Of a DNA stretch of 64,000 bases, positions 37,002 through 51,587 are shown one piece after another. A program made the position numbers and the translations under genes. How positions within the stretch are numbered: the stretch's first letter is position 1; each line of letters begins with the position of its first letter. Under the pieces are notes generated by a model. That model searched no databases and had not been told where the DNA came from. It saw nothing but the letters and a program-made list of their open reading frames with translations. The stretch covers positions 62,001 through 126,000 of the forward strand of contig JALDZX010000008.1 in assembly GCA_022813865.1 (NCBI GenBank), in the 5' to 3' direction. The stretch comes from Xylographa opegraphella. Lineage: Eukaryota.

Positions 37002-37445
37002 ATGGATGCTAATGCTTGATATGAATGTTAGACTGTTAGTAAAATCACTGGGAGTTATCCGATACCAGTCATTGTATCCTACATAATACTGATATCCTGC
37101 GTAAAATATGAGCTCTTCGGTATGGACCTTATAATGCAGTCATCAAGGCAGCAGATTCGAGGTACGCTCGTACGGTAACTATCTACCTTAAGGTATCTAA
37201 TAAGGTACGATACTAACCTACTTTAGATTGGTACCGGCAAGGCTGAGCTAGCAGCTTGATTCGGGCATCAGCCAACCAAGAACATCGCTAAAGCTCCTCG
37301 AAAACACTACGGAGTAAGGTAGGTAGGTACCGCATGCTTGCCGATTCTGCGCTTTTGGATAGTTTCATCGTTGTCGCGTCTCAGCTGCGGTCTATCAAAC
37401 CGCCAGCTACGGCTGTTACAGCTGTAAGCTCCAGTAGCGATCATC

Positions 37446-40400
37446 ATGGCTCCTGCTAGAGCTATGGACGATTCAATGGAGGGAGTCATCGGCTCACCCC
37501 TAGATCAGCGCGACTTTTATGAAGACCTTAAATCGTACCACGCAGAACGAGGGTAAGTGCGTTATTCAACGCGCTGGACAAACTATCTGCTCATTCACTA
37601 CTTCGCTTTAGGACAAATCTTGAAATGAATGCACGTGTCAATGGTAAACATATTGACCTCTACACCTTGTTCGGACTCGTAAACAAGAAAGGTGGCTACG
37701 ACATGGTCAGTGCGGAGAAGCTTGCTTGGAGGAAAGTTGGTCAAGACTTTCACTTAGGTCAAACGAATACTGCGGCATATGCTTTTGCATTGAAGACCGT
37801 GTACTACAAAAACTTGGCGTGAGGTTCCTAAAATCGGATCTGCCAGTTCTGGCTAACAGTATTTAGAGCTTACGAGATCAAGAGAATCCATAATCAAGAG
37901 CCCCCACCCAAAGAGATTCTTGAAGATATCAGTGCCAAAGGTGGAGATCTGTTATCCAGGACACTGGAGAACTTCAGACCACCCCAGAGTCGCGATTATG
38001 CGGGTAATGGCAACGACAGTGATGGATCTGGAGACGAGGATCGCAGAACACCGAAAGAAGAAAAGATGGACATAGATGAGCCTGGAAGTGGAGGACGTGT
38101 GACAAGAGGTACAGCCGACTGATTGTATCGAGACCACTACAAAGATGACAAAAATAACTTATTCTACTACTAGGACTACGACAAGCCCCCCCACAGCGCC
38201 AACTATTTCAGCCAGATATCTCTTCGTCACGCCAAATACGACATACATCTGGCAACGTGCACTCCCCACAACCACTTGTTCAGTCAAGCAATAATGCATA
38301 CAACTACAATCCGTCTTCAAATCCTAATAGCAGCTCCTTCAGCATCGCCAACTACGAGCCTAGGATCCAGGTTCCACTTACTCTTCGTCCTGTTCTGACA
38401 CCGGGCAACAACCCAGCCATGTTCCGGGAGAAACTCAAGAAGATAAAAGAAGCGCAGGCTGCTAAGCTAGGGAAAGTACCGCCAAGCTACAAAGGAATGA
38501 TGCTTCCCGGCAGTAAGTTCTAAGCATTATACGTGCAAGCATGACGATATCTTACTATCTGCTTAGCTGGATTTGACGGTCCTAATATCTACGTACGAAC
38601 CCTGCTTGCCTTGCGTTCCAGTATTCCTGGAGAACAAGATTATGCTCTACATCATCTAGTCAAGATATCTCATGAACGAGGCGACAAGTATAAATTCGAG
38701 GCATTTCCTGGCCTCGCGGAAGGCCTGATTGAGAAAGCACTCGAAGTCAGCTCGCTCTTTTATGATGTTAAATGGGTGATATCTTACTCTGATGATCTGT
38801 CAACTTGTGACGTCAATGTACTGGATGGTATGAACGGTACGCATGATCTATTAAAGCGAATTAGCGAACTTCGACAGATAAGTTCTCAAGACGAAGTCGA
38901 GACAGAGGAGCACAATCGAAAGCTTTCGAAAGTCAACGAAGCAGGCCTGGTGATTCGCAACATGTCAATGCTCGAAGACAATGCCAAATATCTATCTGAT
39001 CAATATCCGCTACGGGATTTTCTTACGATAGCGCTGAAATTACCACGCCATGTTGCTCTGGTTGAGCTGAAGCACTACGCCCTCGATATTGCCGAGCAAT
39101 TAACCAAATACTGGTCTCTTGATGCCTCCGATCCCTTGTATCTGTCACTCCTGGAATACCTAAATGATGGAATGGACCGAGGCGCCACTCTTACCACGCT
39201 ACGAGCTATCAGTCGCATTTCTATGAATCTTGAGGAGTCGAACCGCCTCCAAGGGATACCACTTTCCGCCATTAGACAACTATGTGAATGGACACTTTTA
39301 GATGACGAGGAACTTGTTGCAGCATGCCTGGACTTCTTCTATCAGTTCACAGCCATGTCCGAGAACGTAGCATTCTTACTCACTTGCACCGCTGCAGGGA
39401 ACTTTTCATTCCATCCCCTCATATCGCAGCTCGTGCGTCTCCTTCTTCACAATTCACAAGAATCCTCTTCCAAACGTATCGTTTCTCCAGCAATGCCAAT
39501 CAAGCCAGCCACGGAGATTCCTATTTTACCTAATGATCTCATTGAACAGATAATGAAATACAATGAGCCGGATCGGTCATCTCATTGGCTACGTGCGTGT
39601 TTTGAGGAAGACCCCGAGAGCGACATAACTCAGATCGCACTCTGGCAGGCTTATCAGGGTCGCTTTACAAGATTGAGCACCGTTCAGAATCCTCTTCTGG
39701 CAGCCGCAGAATTCATCAAGAACGTCAGCACCACATTTCCCACTGCCAATGCTCAAGTTATCAGCGGTGTGAATCCTAGATTCATCATCAAGGGTATTCG
39801 ACCACGACACGCACCCATGGATACAAAAGGCCGTGTGCATTCCCGATGTCTTTGGAGAAGGCCCGAGGATGGCAGGACGTGTGGAGACTTTTATCTGAAA
39901 GCGGGAGAGATGTGGGAGCATTTGATCACGCTCCATGTTGGGCTTTCAAAAAATGAGGAGAGCCGGTGGAATTTCGTAGAGATGAAAACTGCGGCTGCTC
40001 TGAATGGCCAGAAATTCAATTGTCATTGGGCCAGCTGCCAGCATTTCTCTGCAAATGGCGGAAGCGATGATCCGTACGAGGTTGGAATGCATATCAAGAT
40101 GCACTTACCTGATATCAGTGCCATGGCTGGACATCGCGCCAAGTTCAACAAGCCTGGGCTTCCAGACAGGGCGTCTATCAGTCTTGGAAGCGACACGAGC
40201 ATTTCCTCCGAGTGTGTCAATCTCCACGGTCGTCCCGCTGTTTACGAGTACTTTCCATGGTACAACACTGCTGTTGACGAGCGCGGTGACGCTGTTGGTC
40301 TTCCCTTGACCAGCGTTCTCGTCTTGAAAAACCTTTCCCGTAATATACCCAAGGCACTAGATATACTGGAAGACTCGTCGGACAGGTTTACAGGCACTGC

Positions 40401-40536
40401 GAGCAAGAAAGAATGGATGGAGCGACTTCTAGGGCCTATCAGACCCAGACTGGCATTCGTGCTTGCGCATAACCGCCCACTTGCAGGATACGTGTCTGAT
40501 CTGATCACTGCTATCAAGAACAATCTAGAAGGTTGA
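37446..40536 (+). CDS. RSC9: RSC chromatin-remodelling subunit Rsc9 (ARID, ARM-like and RFX-type winged helix)
   Basis: ARID (IDLYTLFGLVNKKGGYD..W..V..LKTVYYKNLAAYE), ITQIALWQAYQ..FIKNVS..FIIKGIRPR, C-terminal Zn-finger-like motifs; four introns near the 5' end. Confidence 0.88.
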
Positions 40537-41738
40537 GGTCATTGTGGGGACTCGGGATTGTACAACAGGAGCAAAAGGTTCATTATTTGCAGCTAGAGAT
40601 ACCCGGGACTTGCGTTCCAACGAGCTTACGTGCAACGATGGGTGGGAGAACTTGGGCGCTGAGGATAAAATCTGCTGGGTCTTCATGCGTTTATGGTGCA
40701 CTTGTCCCTCCAAGAGTTCATTACGTAGGATTGGCAATAGGTGGAGCATCTCCAATGCATTACAAACACCAGGCTTGTCTGCATGCGCCCCATACCTCTC
40801 TGTGGTTTCTTCCATATGAAAGGCCACGAGGAAGTCTTCGTCAGTGATGTTTGTATGCACTTCTCGGGGATATGCTGTAGACTGCAGGTCACCTTAGGTA
40901 GGCAGAGTACTTCGGAAGCGTGAGAGAAGTTCATTCTTATTGGGTGCTAAGAACGGGCCGTTCGAACCCAACTTTGGACAGCTAGCGTGCTCAGATGTGC
41001 TCGCCCGTCCTACTCTCTCCGATGTTGCAGCTCAAAGCTTCGAAAGCAGGCCCAACAAAACCTCTCTGAACATCTCCCGGCCCTTGATCATTATTATTAT
41101 TCTATCCCTTTCTAAATCATCTCATCCTGTTCTCCGACTATCCTGCAGGTGCTCCTTCGTTCCAGAGCATTATCGATCAGCATGTGTCGATGCTAGCCAG
41201 GCGTGTGACTCGTAGCGCCATTCTTTCACAGTCATCCGTCCTCGCTCCAGACATCTGACATCCTGGTCGACCATTATGCCTTACTCCACCATCTTACCTT
41301 TCTGTGAGTTCGTCTTTTGATCTTCATGATGCTCAGGTCCCGTCAAGGTGTGAAGGCTGATGGGATGCCTCTATCTGAATGATCAGAGTGTCAGGCACCA
41401 CTGCCGGGGCCCGTAAATCGATGCCTGCAGGCACTTCTGCATACGCTTCTTAGCCGATTATGGATAGTTAAAGGCTCTACCATCTAACTATCGAGGACTT
41501 CCATGTAGGCAGAACTACCCTCGTCCACAACACTCCGCTTTTTCGCTGTGGTGAACAATCTCGGATTCTGTCCTGAATCATGGAATTCAGGCCGACACGC
41601 AGTCATTAAAAATACTGTCCGACCCGCCCTCAGACCTTCGTTTCTACCCTAGCTCATAGGTTGTGACTGACCTATTTTGGAGCACTGCAGGGGTAAAGTT
41701 ACAAATCTCCGAGTTCCCGACTCATTTCCAACATCGAG

Positions 41739-44700
41739 ATGCATCAGCACCTAAGACTGCCGCCGGTAACGGCGTCTCCTGCCAATTCTCCGAGGACAAA
41801 TCCGACAAGAACAAACAACCCGAGAGATCAGGAAGCTGGATCTACAAGATCAGATATAGAGAGAGGCTTGCCTGGTGAGCCAGGCCCGGGGGAAGCCACT
41901 GTTACTCCAGGGCGGGCTTATGATGCACCTGTGGAGGGGAGAGATAACATGGCGAAGCTTAGTCAGGTTGTCCAGGTACGTTCCTGAGTTGGTGCGAAGA
42001 TTTACACTAGGAGAGCATTGTCGACCGATGCTGATTTAATGTACTCAGAACTATCACACCAAAGCAGCTTTAATAATCCTGCAGTCGAGAGTTCCATTGG
42101 CTCCTGCATATACAAAAGGAACCAACGTTAGGCGAGTCAACAAATGGGTGAGTAGTAGCATTCTCGAGGCACACCTTGGTGCACAGCAGGAAATAGCATG
42201 TTTGGGGCTAATATTGTGTCTAAACAATAGTTCAACGTCGAACTTGATGAGACAGATGCTCTTCGAGAAGACATTCGTATTTGGAGGAATTGTGATGTTA
42301 TCAGTCACCGTCCTCCACCAATGATCATCGAAGTCTACCTTGATACTGAAGAATTGACCAACAATCAAAGCCTCGTGATTGTGGATGACCATGGGAAGCG
42401 ATGGGATGTCGAAGAATCATTGAGGGACTCCGTCGAAACCACCGGCCATGTACAAAAACCACGAGTGGTTCTTGAGCGATGGCGGATAGAACTTGGGGAC
42501 TGCACAAGAGACATCCCAAAAGACCTTGGCGCTATCCTCCCTCGAATCTATAAGAACAGTATAGTCTTGTTTCGGTCTCTCTACACATTTGCGAAGCTTC
42601 TACCTGCATGGAAGCTGAAGAAAATGTCCAAACCAAGGACACCACATGCGTTGCCAAAAATAAAATTCCGAATCTGCGAGGATGAACAACATAACTCGAG
42701 TCCTGGAGTTGATGAACTTACAGTGCCCCTATACGAGTCTCGAAGTCGAGTGAGTGAAGATTACTCGTTCGGCTCTATCGATTCGCCTGCCGGCGAGTTT
42801 ACCATAAAAGTCTCATATCGTGCGAATTGCGACTTCCGAATCGATAATTCAGAAGCTTTACTCAGTTCACACTTTATGGGTATGGACGAAGACCTTTTTG
42901 TGCCTTCTCTTGGCCGTCATACACCAATTCGAGGTGTACCCAAAGATCCGGAAGGCAATATCCGGCGGACTGATGTTGGGTCTTTGCCCCAGACACGGAG
43001 GGATGTTGGGGGACTGGCAGATCAAGGACAGGCTTATGGCAGTTTATCGACTTTTCATAACATCGGAGCGCAAGTGAGCTCGAGTCCTATCTCTGCTCTC
43101 CGTGCTGCACGTGATATGACTCAACAATCCCCATCAGACTCACCACCTCTGAAAGCGCCCCCGGATCATCGTTCTGTTCAAGGCTCGCGAAGCTCGCTCC
43201 GGTCAGCTGAAGGGGCCCCGCCAATGGGAAGGAGAACATCCGTGTCCTTTATGCCCTTCAAATCTCCGTCTTTGTCAGCCTCGCCCTTACAAACAGAAGC
43301 AGTTGTCACAGCGTCACCTCGAGGCTCAGTAGGTAGAACCTCAGCACTCAGTGCGCTAGCAGAAGCTAGAAACCCCTTCTCGTTGACTCCCAGTACCGCC
43401 GTATCTGCAAGAGGCTCGCCTGTGCTGACGGAAGTGCCTGCTACCTCGTCAGCATCCAGTTCCCCAAGACCAGGCCCGACAACTAGATATAGTAGCAGCT
43501 TTGGTCATCGACGTGCAAGGTTGTCTGTTGGCGGAGGGAGCAGAACCGACGATGATAACAACAGTAGCGGCAAAGCCAGTGTGTCATCATCAACCGCCCA
43601 TCCTGGTTCTGGTATTTTGCCTGAGGGTGGTGGTGCCAGTTCTGATTCGATACATACAGATGACGATAACATTTCCGACTTCTTAAAGCTACTGGATCAG
43701 AAGAAAGACCTAAAAAGCTTCAGGGCTTCTGTCGGTACGGCCACAACTGATGCATCCACGAGGCGAACAACGGCCGCCCTGAACAAGTTTCAACGCATGA
43801 GGGACTCCAACGCTGCGCTGTCTGACTCGATGTCTTCTTCGCTTCTCCTGTACAGGTCTTCAAGTTCGTCGAGTCGTCAACTCTCCAGCGTTCCTCCAAT
43901 GGTAGCTGGAACGTCAATGTCAATTTCTTCGTCGCCTGGTAAGCCCATCTCGCCCCATACTCCTCATACACCAGCCATTCCGTCTCGTTTGAGTGCGAAT
44001 AGCATCATCGAGTACAACCATCGTGAAAGAAGTGCAGGTCGTCATCGACTTTCGCATGATGAAGATCTCCATGTCACAGGGAGTGTGGACGACGATACTG
44101 CTGGTGATGGAGGCACAGGGGCTATAGATATACCGACGTCGCCAAGGCCATTCCACCCCAGCTATCGAAGGTCGAGCTCGGTTGCGCAGCAACACAGGCC
44201 TCTTCCTTTGGAGTACGAGATTGGAGACGTACTTCCGTTCGGAATGCGAAGCGCGAGTCTCGGCGATGGCGACCAGGAGCGACAGCCTCTAAGCCTGAGC
44301 GCTCTCCTCGGTTTGCAAGATGGTTCCGATGTAGCTGTCCCCGCGGTTCCTCGTCATGAGCGATCCTTCGTACCGAGTCAAGCTGCGGATGAGACAAGCA
44401 TCAACATGGCACGACAACGGTCGTCCTCACAAGAGGGCCGCGACGACGAGCGTCCCACATCTGCTCGAGGCACTTTGTATCGGCCCAGAATAGGTAGAGG
44501 CAGCGGCCGAGGTCTGACTCCTCCACAAGGATCCTCGTCGAGTTTAGTCGGTGACCGAGGCTCGGGCAGTGGAAGTTCCGATCAGCGTGGAGCGCGGTAC
44601 AGCTTCACTCGACCCATGAGAGACTACGACGACGAAGAGCCTCTCCTGTTCGCCATGAGTGACTTCGGAGCCCATCATCAATCCAGAAGAAGTATTGAGG

Positions 44701-44801
44701 AAGGCCGAGGTGGGCCGAACATGCTGCCCAGCGAGCGAGGTGGAGAGTCCGGAGCTTCGTCACGAAGAGGAAGCAAACGAGGCGGACATACGTGGGCGTG
44801 A
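41739..44801 (+). CDS. ATG13: Autophagy protein Atg13
   Basis: Spliced HORMA domain KLSQVVQ/NYHTKAALIILQSR..NKW/FNVELDE, VLERWRIEL, LFRSLYT..LLPAWK, VSYRANCDF; Ser-rich disordered tail with DDDNISDFLKLLD. Confidence 0.92.
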
Positions 44802-45379
44802 AGACATGGGGGGCACAGCTACCGGGTCTGAACAGACACATTCACCTTTTGCACATCTATAAACGACATCATATGGAGGCTTATTTATTTGTTAGAGCAC
44901 GAGGGAGTAGGATACCTGTCGGTGGAGAGCTGCATCCTTAATGAACTTGCATGGCTAGCTGGGAAATAGGGCGTGGAAGTTTCCCCCGTCCGGCGCTGGA
45001 CAAAGGCGCATTGGCTTGGTGCTCGACGAGCCGAGATTGGATACCATATTCTTTTTTTTGTTTGTGGTTTTTTTTCCCCCTACTTTGCTTGTGGCTATAC
45101 CAACCGATACTATAACACATTCATACCATACCGATTGAAATAAATGTTATCATCGTACTGAGCCAGCCAGCCAGCCAGCCAGTCATTCATTCATTCACTG
45201 ATTCCCTCTGGGCACTTTAGTCTATCTTCTTCTGCGTAGCACAATCTCGTGGGGAATGGCCATGCGTGTGGAATGCGTGTTCTACCGACTTTCTGCAATG
45301 CCCTTTGCAGCAGCCAGTGTAGGTAGGTCATCAAGTCTAGTCTATCTAAAGCGACACAACCTTTCCCTTCTCCCGGGCT

Positions 45380-46929
45380 CTAGAAGTAATCCGGGAACAA
45401 CCAGCGCAGCTTCCGCACCGTCTCCTCCGGCCTCGCCCCTCTCGCCGTCATGGCGCCCGCCCCCTTCGTCTGGCCCTCCCACCCCTTGCCATGCACCACA
45501 TCCCTCACCGACGCGGCTCCACTTCCACTTCCACCCCCACTTCCACTCCCACTTCCACTTCCACTTCCACTTCCACTTCCACTTCCACTCCCACCCTCAC
45601 TCCCATCCACCACACCCTCCTCCTCCCCTAGCCGATCCAGCACGGCGCCCACGACGCGCCTCGCGTTCGCCGCGTTGGCAGCCATGTGGCCCATGACCAT
45701 GTCGACGGAGACGGACTCGTGCACCCCGTGCCAGCTGTCGTAGTCGGTCGACATGCAGACCATGGCGTAGGCGAGCTCGGCCTCGCGCGCGAGCTTGGCC
45801 TCGGGCAGGCAGGACATGTTGATGCACGAGCCGGCCCAGGAGCGGTACAGCATGGATTCGGCGCGCGTGGAGAATTGGGGGCCTTCTGTTTGCCGGGGGG
45901 GGGGGAGGGTTAGTTTGGATTGGAGTGCGAGAAAGGGGGATTGGGGGTGTTGGGAGAGGGGATTGTGGGGGTGGTGAGGGTGGAGAGATCAGGGAAAGGC
46001 ATTGACGAGGTGTGATGGCTGTGATTGGGAGAGTGGTCCGGGGAGAGGGGAAAAAGTGACGAACCCATGCAGATCAGAGTCCCCGTCTCGTGGAGCTTGA
46101 TATCCTCGCCTTCGAGCACGCCCTTGCCTTGCACGGCGTCGATGATGATGGCGCGGAGGGCGTTGTCGAACGGGTCCGCGAAGCCGATGTGGCCCACCAC
46201 GCCGCCCTCGAAGTACGTCCACGGCCGTACCTGATCGGAGCTCAACGTCAGCGAATCGTTTCTGGTAGTCGGAGGATTTGCAGTGAGTCTGTCCCTCGCG
46301 CTGCCTGACTGATCCAGCGCCTTTTTGAAATCCCGCCTGTTTTGATCCTCGATCGCCCGCAAAGACACATGAGACGAGAGAAGACGAAAGAGAAGCCCAA
46401 CCCACCCCCTTCGTCCGATCAACAACCTGATCCGGCACCAAAAAATCCCGCGGCCTCACCTCCTCGCGCAGACTGCCCACGGCACTAAACGCCAGCACGC
46501 AGCGGACGCCCAGCTTCCGCAGCGCGGCGATGTTGGCCCGCGACGGCACCTCGTGCGGCGCGAGCTCGTGGTGCAGGCCGTGCCGCGACAGGAAGGCGAC
46601 GTTGAGCGGCGCCCGCCCGCGGCGCGGGTGGGAGAGGATGGTGATGGGCGACGAGGGCGCGCCCCATGGCGTGAGGAGAGAGGGGTGCGAGAGCGGGAGG
46701 TGCGCCGCGGGCGTGAAGGCGGGGAGGTGCGAGAGGCCGGTGCCGCCGATGATGGCGATTTGGACGGCGCCTGGGAGGGGAGAATGGTTAGCTGGCGCTT
46801 TTTTGGGGCCGGGGGGGGCTTCGATGTTGGGGGACTTGATGGGGCAGGGGGTGGAATTAAGGGTAGGGTGGTTGGACGGGTGGTAGGCTGCTGCGGCGTA
46901 CCGTCGAAGTGGTCAGGCAGCTCGGCCAT
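45380..46929 (-). CDS. MEU1: S-methyl-5'-thioadenosine phosphorylase
   Basis: IAIIGGTG, FLSRHG, RANIAALRKLG, SAVGSLRE, DRTKG, EGPQFSTRAES, INMS..PEAKLAREAE, STDYDSW; three introns. Confidence 0.92.
45519..45596 (-). repeat. (GGAAGT)n hexamer microsatellite encoding a Gly-Ser run within MTAP
   Basis: ccactt repeated about 12 times on the + strand, imperfect. Confidence 0.9.
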
Positions 46930-47280
46930 CTTGCGCTGTCTGAAGTTTGAAAGCGCTCGTAGCTTGGGATGGTGGAAGGTGCGCAGGACTTTTGGAGGGA
47001 GCATGAGCTTTTGTTACGAGCTAATGATGGGAACCCTAATGACTAGGCTCTAAGCGATGGACTACTCGGTAATGTCGTCGCCGTATATTTTCGAAGTCAA
47101 TGGCCGACACTCTAAAGTTGTCTCAATTTGACAACAGTTTTCACATACAACTGCCGTTTTGATATCGTCATTTATGAATATATTATGGTCTCTGTCCGCT
47201 ATATTCGTACGTCATCCTTCACCTATGTTCGTATATGGACCATGTTCAAATATAAAATGTCTCGCCATTTCCACAAATGT

Positions 47281-49052
47281 CTAAACTTCCTTCACGTAGC
47301 CTGGCTCAAGGCCATTCTCGTGCAGCCTTGTATCTACGGTGGAGCTGCTTTGCATTTGGTACTCCTTGGTACCCATGGCGCTGGTATCGTAACCGTGGGC
47401 TTCAAGGTATGCCCTGAATCTCACGTCTTCATCGGTGATGGTGTCTTGTCCGATGTGAGGGAGGAAAAAGAATGCCAAGAACGCGCTGAAGATACAGAGG
47501 GCAGACGAAACGAAGAAGGGGTCTTGCCCGGCACGGTTCCCACTGGGTCCTCCAGGCGCATTGTCGATGATGAACGGGAAGATGTAAGTACCGACAAAGG
47601 CCCCGATTTTTCCACTGGCCGCAGCAATGGCATAGTATTGACCTCGAATGGCAGTGGCAGAAGTCTTTGACGCGACAAGTCCGATGTTGTCGCCAGGACC
47701 TAGTTCTCCCAAAGATAAGAAGATTCTGCACACGATTAGTCGCGATACAATACCTCCGGCAATTTGACGTACCCGTAGATAACCACAAAGCCGGCAACGT
47801 TCTTAGGCGTATTCAGAATAGGGTACAGGCCAGACATTATGAATCCAACAATGCCTTGGGCGAGAACGCCGAATGCCAGAGTATATCGAGGCCCTATCCA
47901 GTCACTGACAAAAGCGCCCAGCAGAGCGCCAGGGATGTAGAACAGATTGATTACAGTATTCCAACCGAAGCTGACCCACAGCGGGTACGAGGATCCGAGG
48001 ATGATCAGAAGCCAGGAAGACGAATAAATGCCGAACGAGTAGGAAGAAAAATCGTAGATGAACCAAATGAGCGAGACGACGATAAGGCGGAACCAGTAAA
48101 ACCTGTACTCGTTAGCATTTTTCGGTGTGATACTAGAAGGAAGGCTGTCTACTTGATAACCAGCCACCATGGCGTGCGAGTGTCACGCATGGTCTCACGC
48201 TTGAACTCTTCAGGTTCCTTGAGCTTGATTCGGAGGTACAAAAGACTCAGCGGAGGAATGACGCCGAGTCCCAGACAGACACGCCACGCGGTTCCCAAGT
48301 GATTCTCGGTAGTAATTAGAACCACGATCATGGGGACGATGGCGGCAACGACGAAACCGAAGTCGATCTGAACGTTGGTGAACATGACGAACCATCGATT
48401 TCGGTGACCCCTCTTGAGTTCGCCAGTTGACTCGGCGCACGCCACACTTCCAGCTGGGTATTCACCGCTGCAACGAGGTTAGTATTCGTCACCCTTCGCG
48501 TCCTGCTATTCATGCGGCCTGGACACTTACCCAATTCCAATCCCGAGGAGGAAACGCCAGGCGGTCAGCGCTGAAAAGAGGCCATAGACGCTGCCCCCGG
48601 CTCCATACGAAGCAGTGGCCAGGATGGAGAAGAGGATCAGGAGAAGGGTGGAGATCAAAAGAGCGTTCTTGCGCGAGTAGTGATCGCTGAACCAGCCAAA
48701 GAAGAGCTGGCCAACGACGGTCCCGGCGAAGGTGATGGAGGAGACATTGGACCTGGCCGGAGAATTCTTGTATTCGACCGGATACAGCAGACCGAGCATG
48801 GTGCTGACCGACCCAATGACTCTGCCGACGGCTCATGTCAGTAAGTCGAGGTCGAGAGCCGAGGACACGAACGTACCCATTGAGGTAACCATCCGAGAAC
48901 AAACCTGCACCACAGGCAATGGTGGGCCAGCTCCGCTCCCAGCGCCCTTTCGGAAGAGCGTCTAGTTGCTGAGCAGCCATGGACTCTCGACGGCCGACGA
49001 CCGGATCGTTCTGCACCTGCTTCTCATCTCGATTCCTCCGCAGGAAGTTCAT
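47281..49052 (-). CDS. GIT1: MFS glycerophosphodiester (glycerophosphoinositol) permease, GIT1-like
   Basis: ACGAGLFSDGYLN, GQLFFGWFSDHYSRK, RFLLGIGIGGEYPAGSVACAE, WFIYDFSSY, GELGPGDNIGLVASK, GKIGAFVG; four introns. Confidence 0.85.
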
Positions 49053-51587
49053 CGCGAGCACGCGCTTCTCAATGGACGATGGGGAGAGCGGGGGAGTGAG
49101 GGTCAACGAGGTCGGACTGCCTTCGCACAGTCAAGCGCAATGGATACACACGACTACAGACGGGAGGGGAGAACAATGGGGAGAGAGGACGAGGTCAGAC
49201 ACTCAACAGCGAAGGAAAAAACGAGAAAGGGAACAGCTTTGCAGCAGCACTTTATCTACCTTTTTCCCTTAGAGGCCGAACTGGATCCACGCCTTCCATG
49301 TTGCAGCACTAGACGAAGGTCAAGCACTACTAGCCTCGAGCTTAGTGGCTAAGCGATTGAGATTTTGGCCGGTGACCTTTTGCGGCGAAGGCCACTAGGC
49401 CGATAGAAGATGGTCGAAGCATTGGGCTCTTGGCCGTATATAGTTAGCATCGGCCCGTCTGGCAAGCCCATCACCGTGCTAGCTGTTATATCATACATGG
49501 GACGGAGAATAAAGTACCTAAAAAGCATTATTTGGGCGGCGCAGAGTGGGGACAGCGGCAAGGCGCTAGCTACTCCGTACTGTAAACTTAGAGAGTACTG
49601 TACGCCGATACACAATACATGGTGGGGGGACTGGTTGGTCCGTGCAGCGGAGTTGATGCCGCACGTGTCTCGGTCCGCTGGCTGTCAGATTCCACTCCAT
49701 CATCGAGATAGCGATAAGGGGCAGTCGAGAAGGAGTGCTGATGGGGAGTGCGCCCTTGGACAGAAGACCGAGGTTCGTCAACCGTACAAGCTTCGTACTG
49801 AAAGACACCCCGGTAATTAATTACGTGACTGGGTTTCATTCGACGATACCACTCTGTCCTTACTTCAGTATAAGTACCTAGGTAGGATACTGGACCGAGG
49901 CCCATGTTCCCAGGCTTCGGGTCGTCCGAAGCAGACGGCCACTGGAGTCTTGAACTGCGCTCCTTCCTCGTCGCCAGTGTCCAATCACGAGTCTCGAGCA
50001 ATGCATGTTCGATCATCACGTAAGGTATCTGCCAACCCGCATCTCGCGCCAAAGCAACCAAGCCTCTCGATCGGTGCATTTGTTGGTGCTGGAGCGGGCC
50101 CCCAGTGCTTGATGGCCACATGGGTGCTTTGATAGGCTAGAATTCTTTCCAGAACCTGCTGGCGCTGTTGGCATCGCGGCTGTGCGGGGTCTGCCTGCTC
50201 ACTTGAGTCGAACCCATGTCCCGATCTGGACCCTGGACGACGACACCGTCACTCGACCCCATTAGTTGTCGCCATTGTTACTGCTCCATCGAAAGCGCCA
50301 TCAGTGAGCATGGCTTCCATTACCACCAAGCTGATCATCACGCTTGTCACTTGTTCTCTTTCCTATTCCATTTGCTGTCGTCTCTCTTCGAGCAGATAAC
50401 GATTGTAGTACGCTCACGTGGGCAGTCGCCACACAGAGATGGAAATATTTTCTGTATATGAGGGCTATCTGTTGATGCCTCATTGTCGCGCTGTTGCGAT
50501 CGTAGCCATGTCATGGCACAGTATTGACACTCTCGTACAGTTATCTACCTTGCATCATGTCGGTGACTTTGACTATCGACGGCGTTGGATGACTGATGCT
50601 GTCGCGGGATATATGTCGAGTGCAGTCAAGAGCCTTTCTCTCTTATTATTTTGCTATGATCGATGAGTTGCTGTCCTGTGTATGACTGACGAGTGGCACG
50701 TTTGGCATTGCCAGTCAGGTACCAAACAGTCCATGTCAACGTGAGCAAGTACCGCACTCGAAGGACAAACTCGTGTTTGATCAATGTTGTGCACAATGCT
50801 CATAAGTCCCCAAGGCGCTCAACCCACCTGATTCTCTCTGAGAAGCATCTCGCAGTCCCAGCTATCCGTTGAAGTCTGAGTTCTCTCATATATGTCAGGC
50901 TGATGGTGGAATGTTCGTCATTGACGAAAGGCTCGAACCCAGCGTTGCTGTCAGGCGCCATCCTACTCGACTTTTCAATATCTTGCTATGTGCTTGGACG
51001 TCAAGCCTGCTCATACGTGCTAACCACGATGTCATACACGTGAAAGACAGTTCATGAAAAAGATATTTATGACTCTACAGAAGCTTCCTGGTGAGAGACT
51101 TGTAGTTGTGCAGATGGTCGAGACATGCCACTCAATACTGCTCGATGACAGATGATAATTTCCTGTCGTTTGCTTTTATGACCAGTTCGTGCGTTGGCCA
51201 CCAAACCAGTGGTCTTGACCTCTGACCATTTGGTATTAATATGCACATGGAACCTAGCTTCGTGTTCTTCTACTTTGTCTTCCTTACTCTGCTTTTTTGA
51301 CTATTCGCACTTGATATATAGCTTAGCCGACTCATCTTATATATATAGTCAGCATACACCACGATCATGTATCAGCTGTCTATCATGAGTCGCAACGTAC
51401 CTACGATGAGTACATCACTCCAGGCTCGCGGCCATAGAACCTCGAACCCGACAGCTTTCTCTTCTCTTTCTCCCTCTACTACCCATCTTTCACACTCTAC
51501 TACCCATCTTCCACAAGTTTTCCAAATCCACAACTCCCATTTACCACGACATCTGAATTTCTTCTTACACTAACAACTGATCTCACC

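Noticed and set aside
45162..45197. (GCCA)n/(TTCA)n tract, also (CT)n at ~3680 and (TAC)n at ~52515
   Set aside because: Ordinary non-coding microsatellites.
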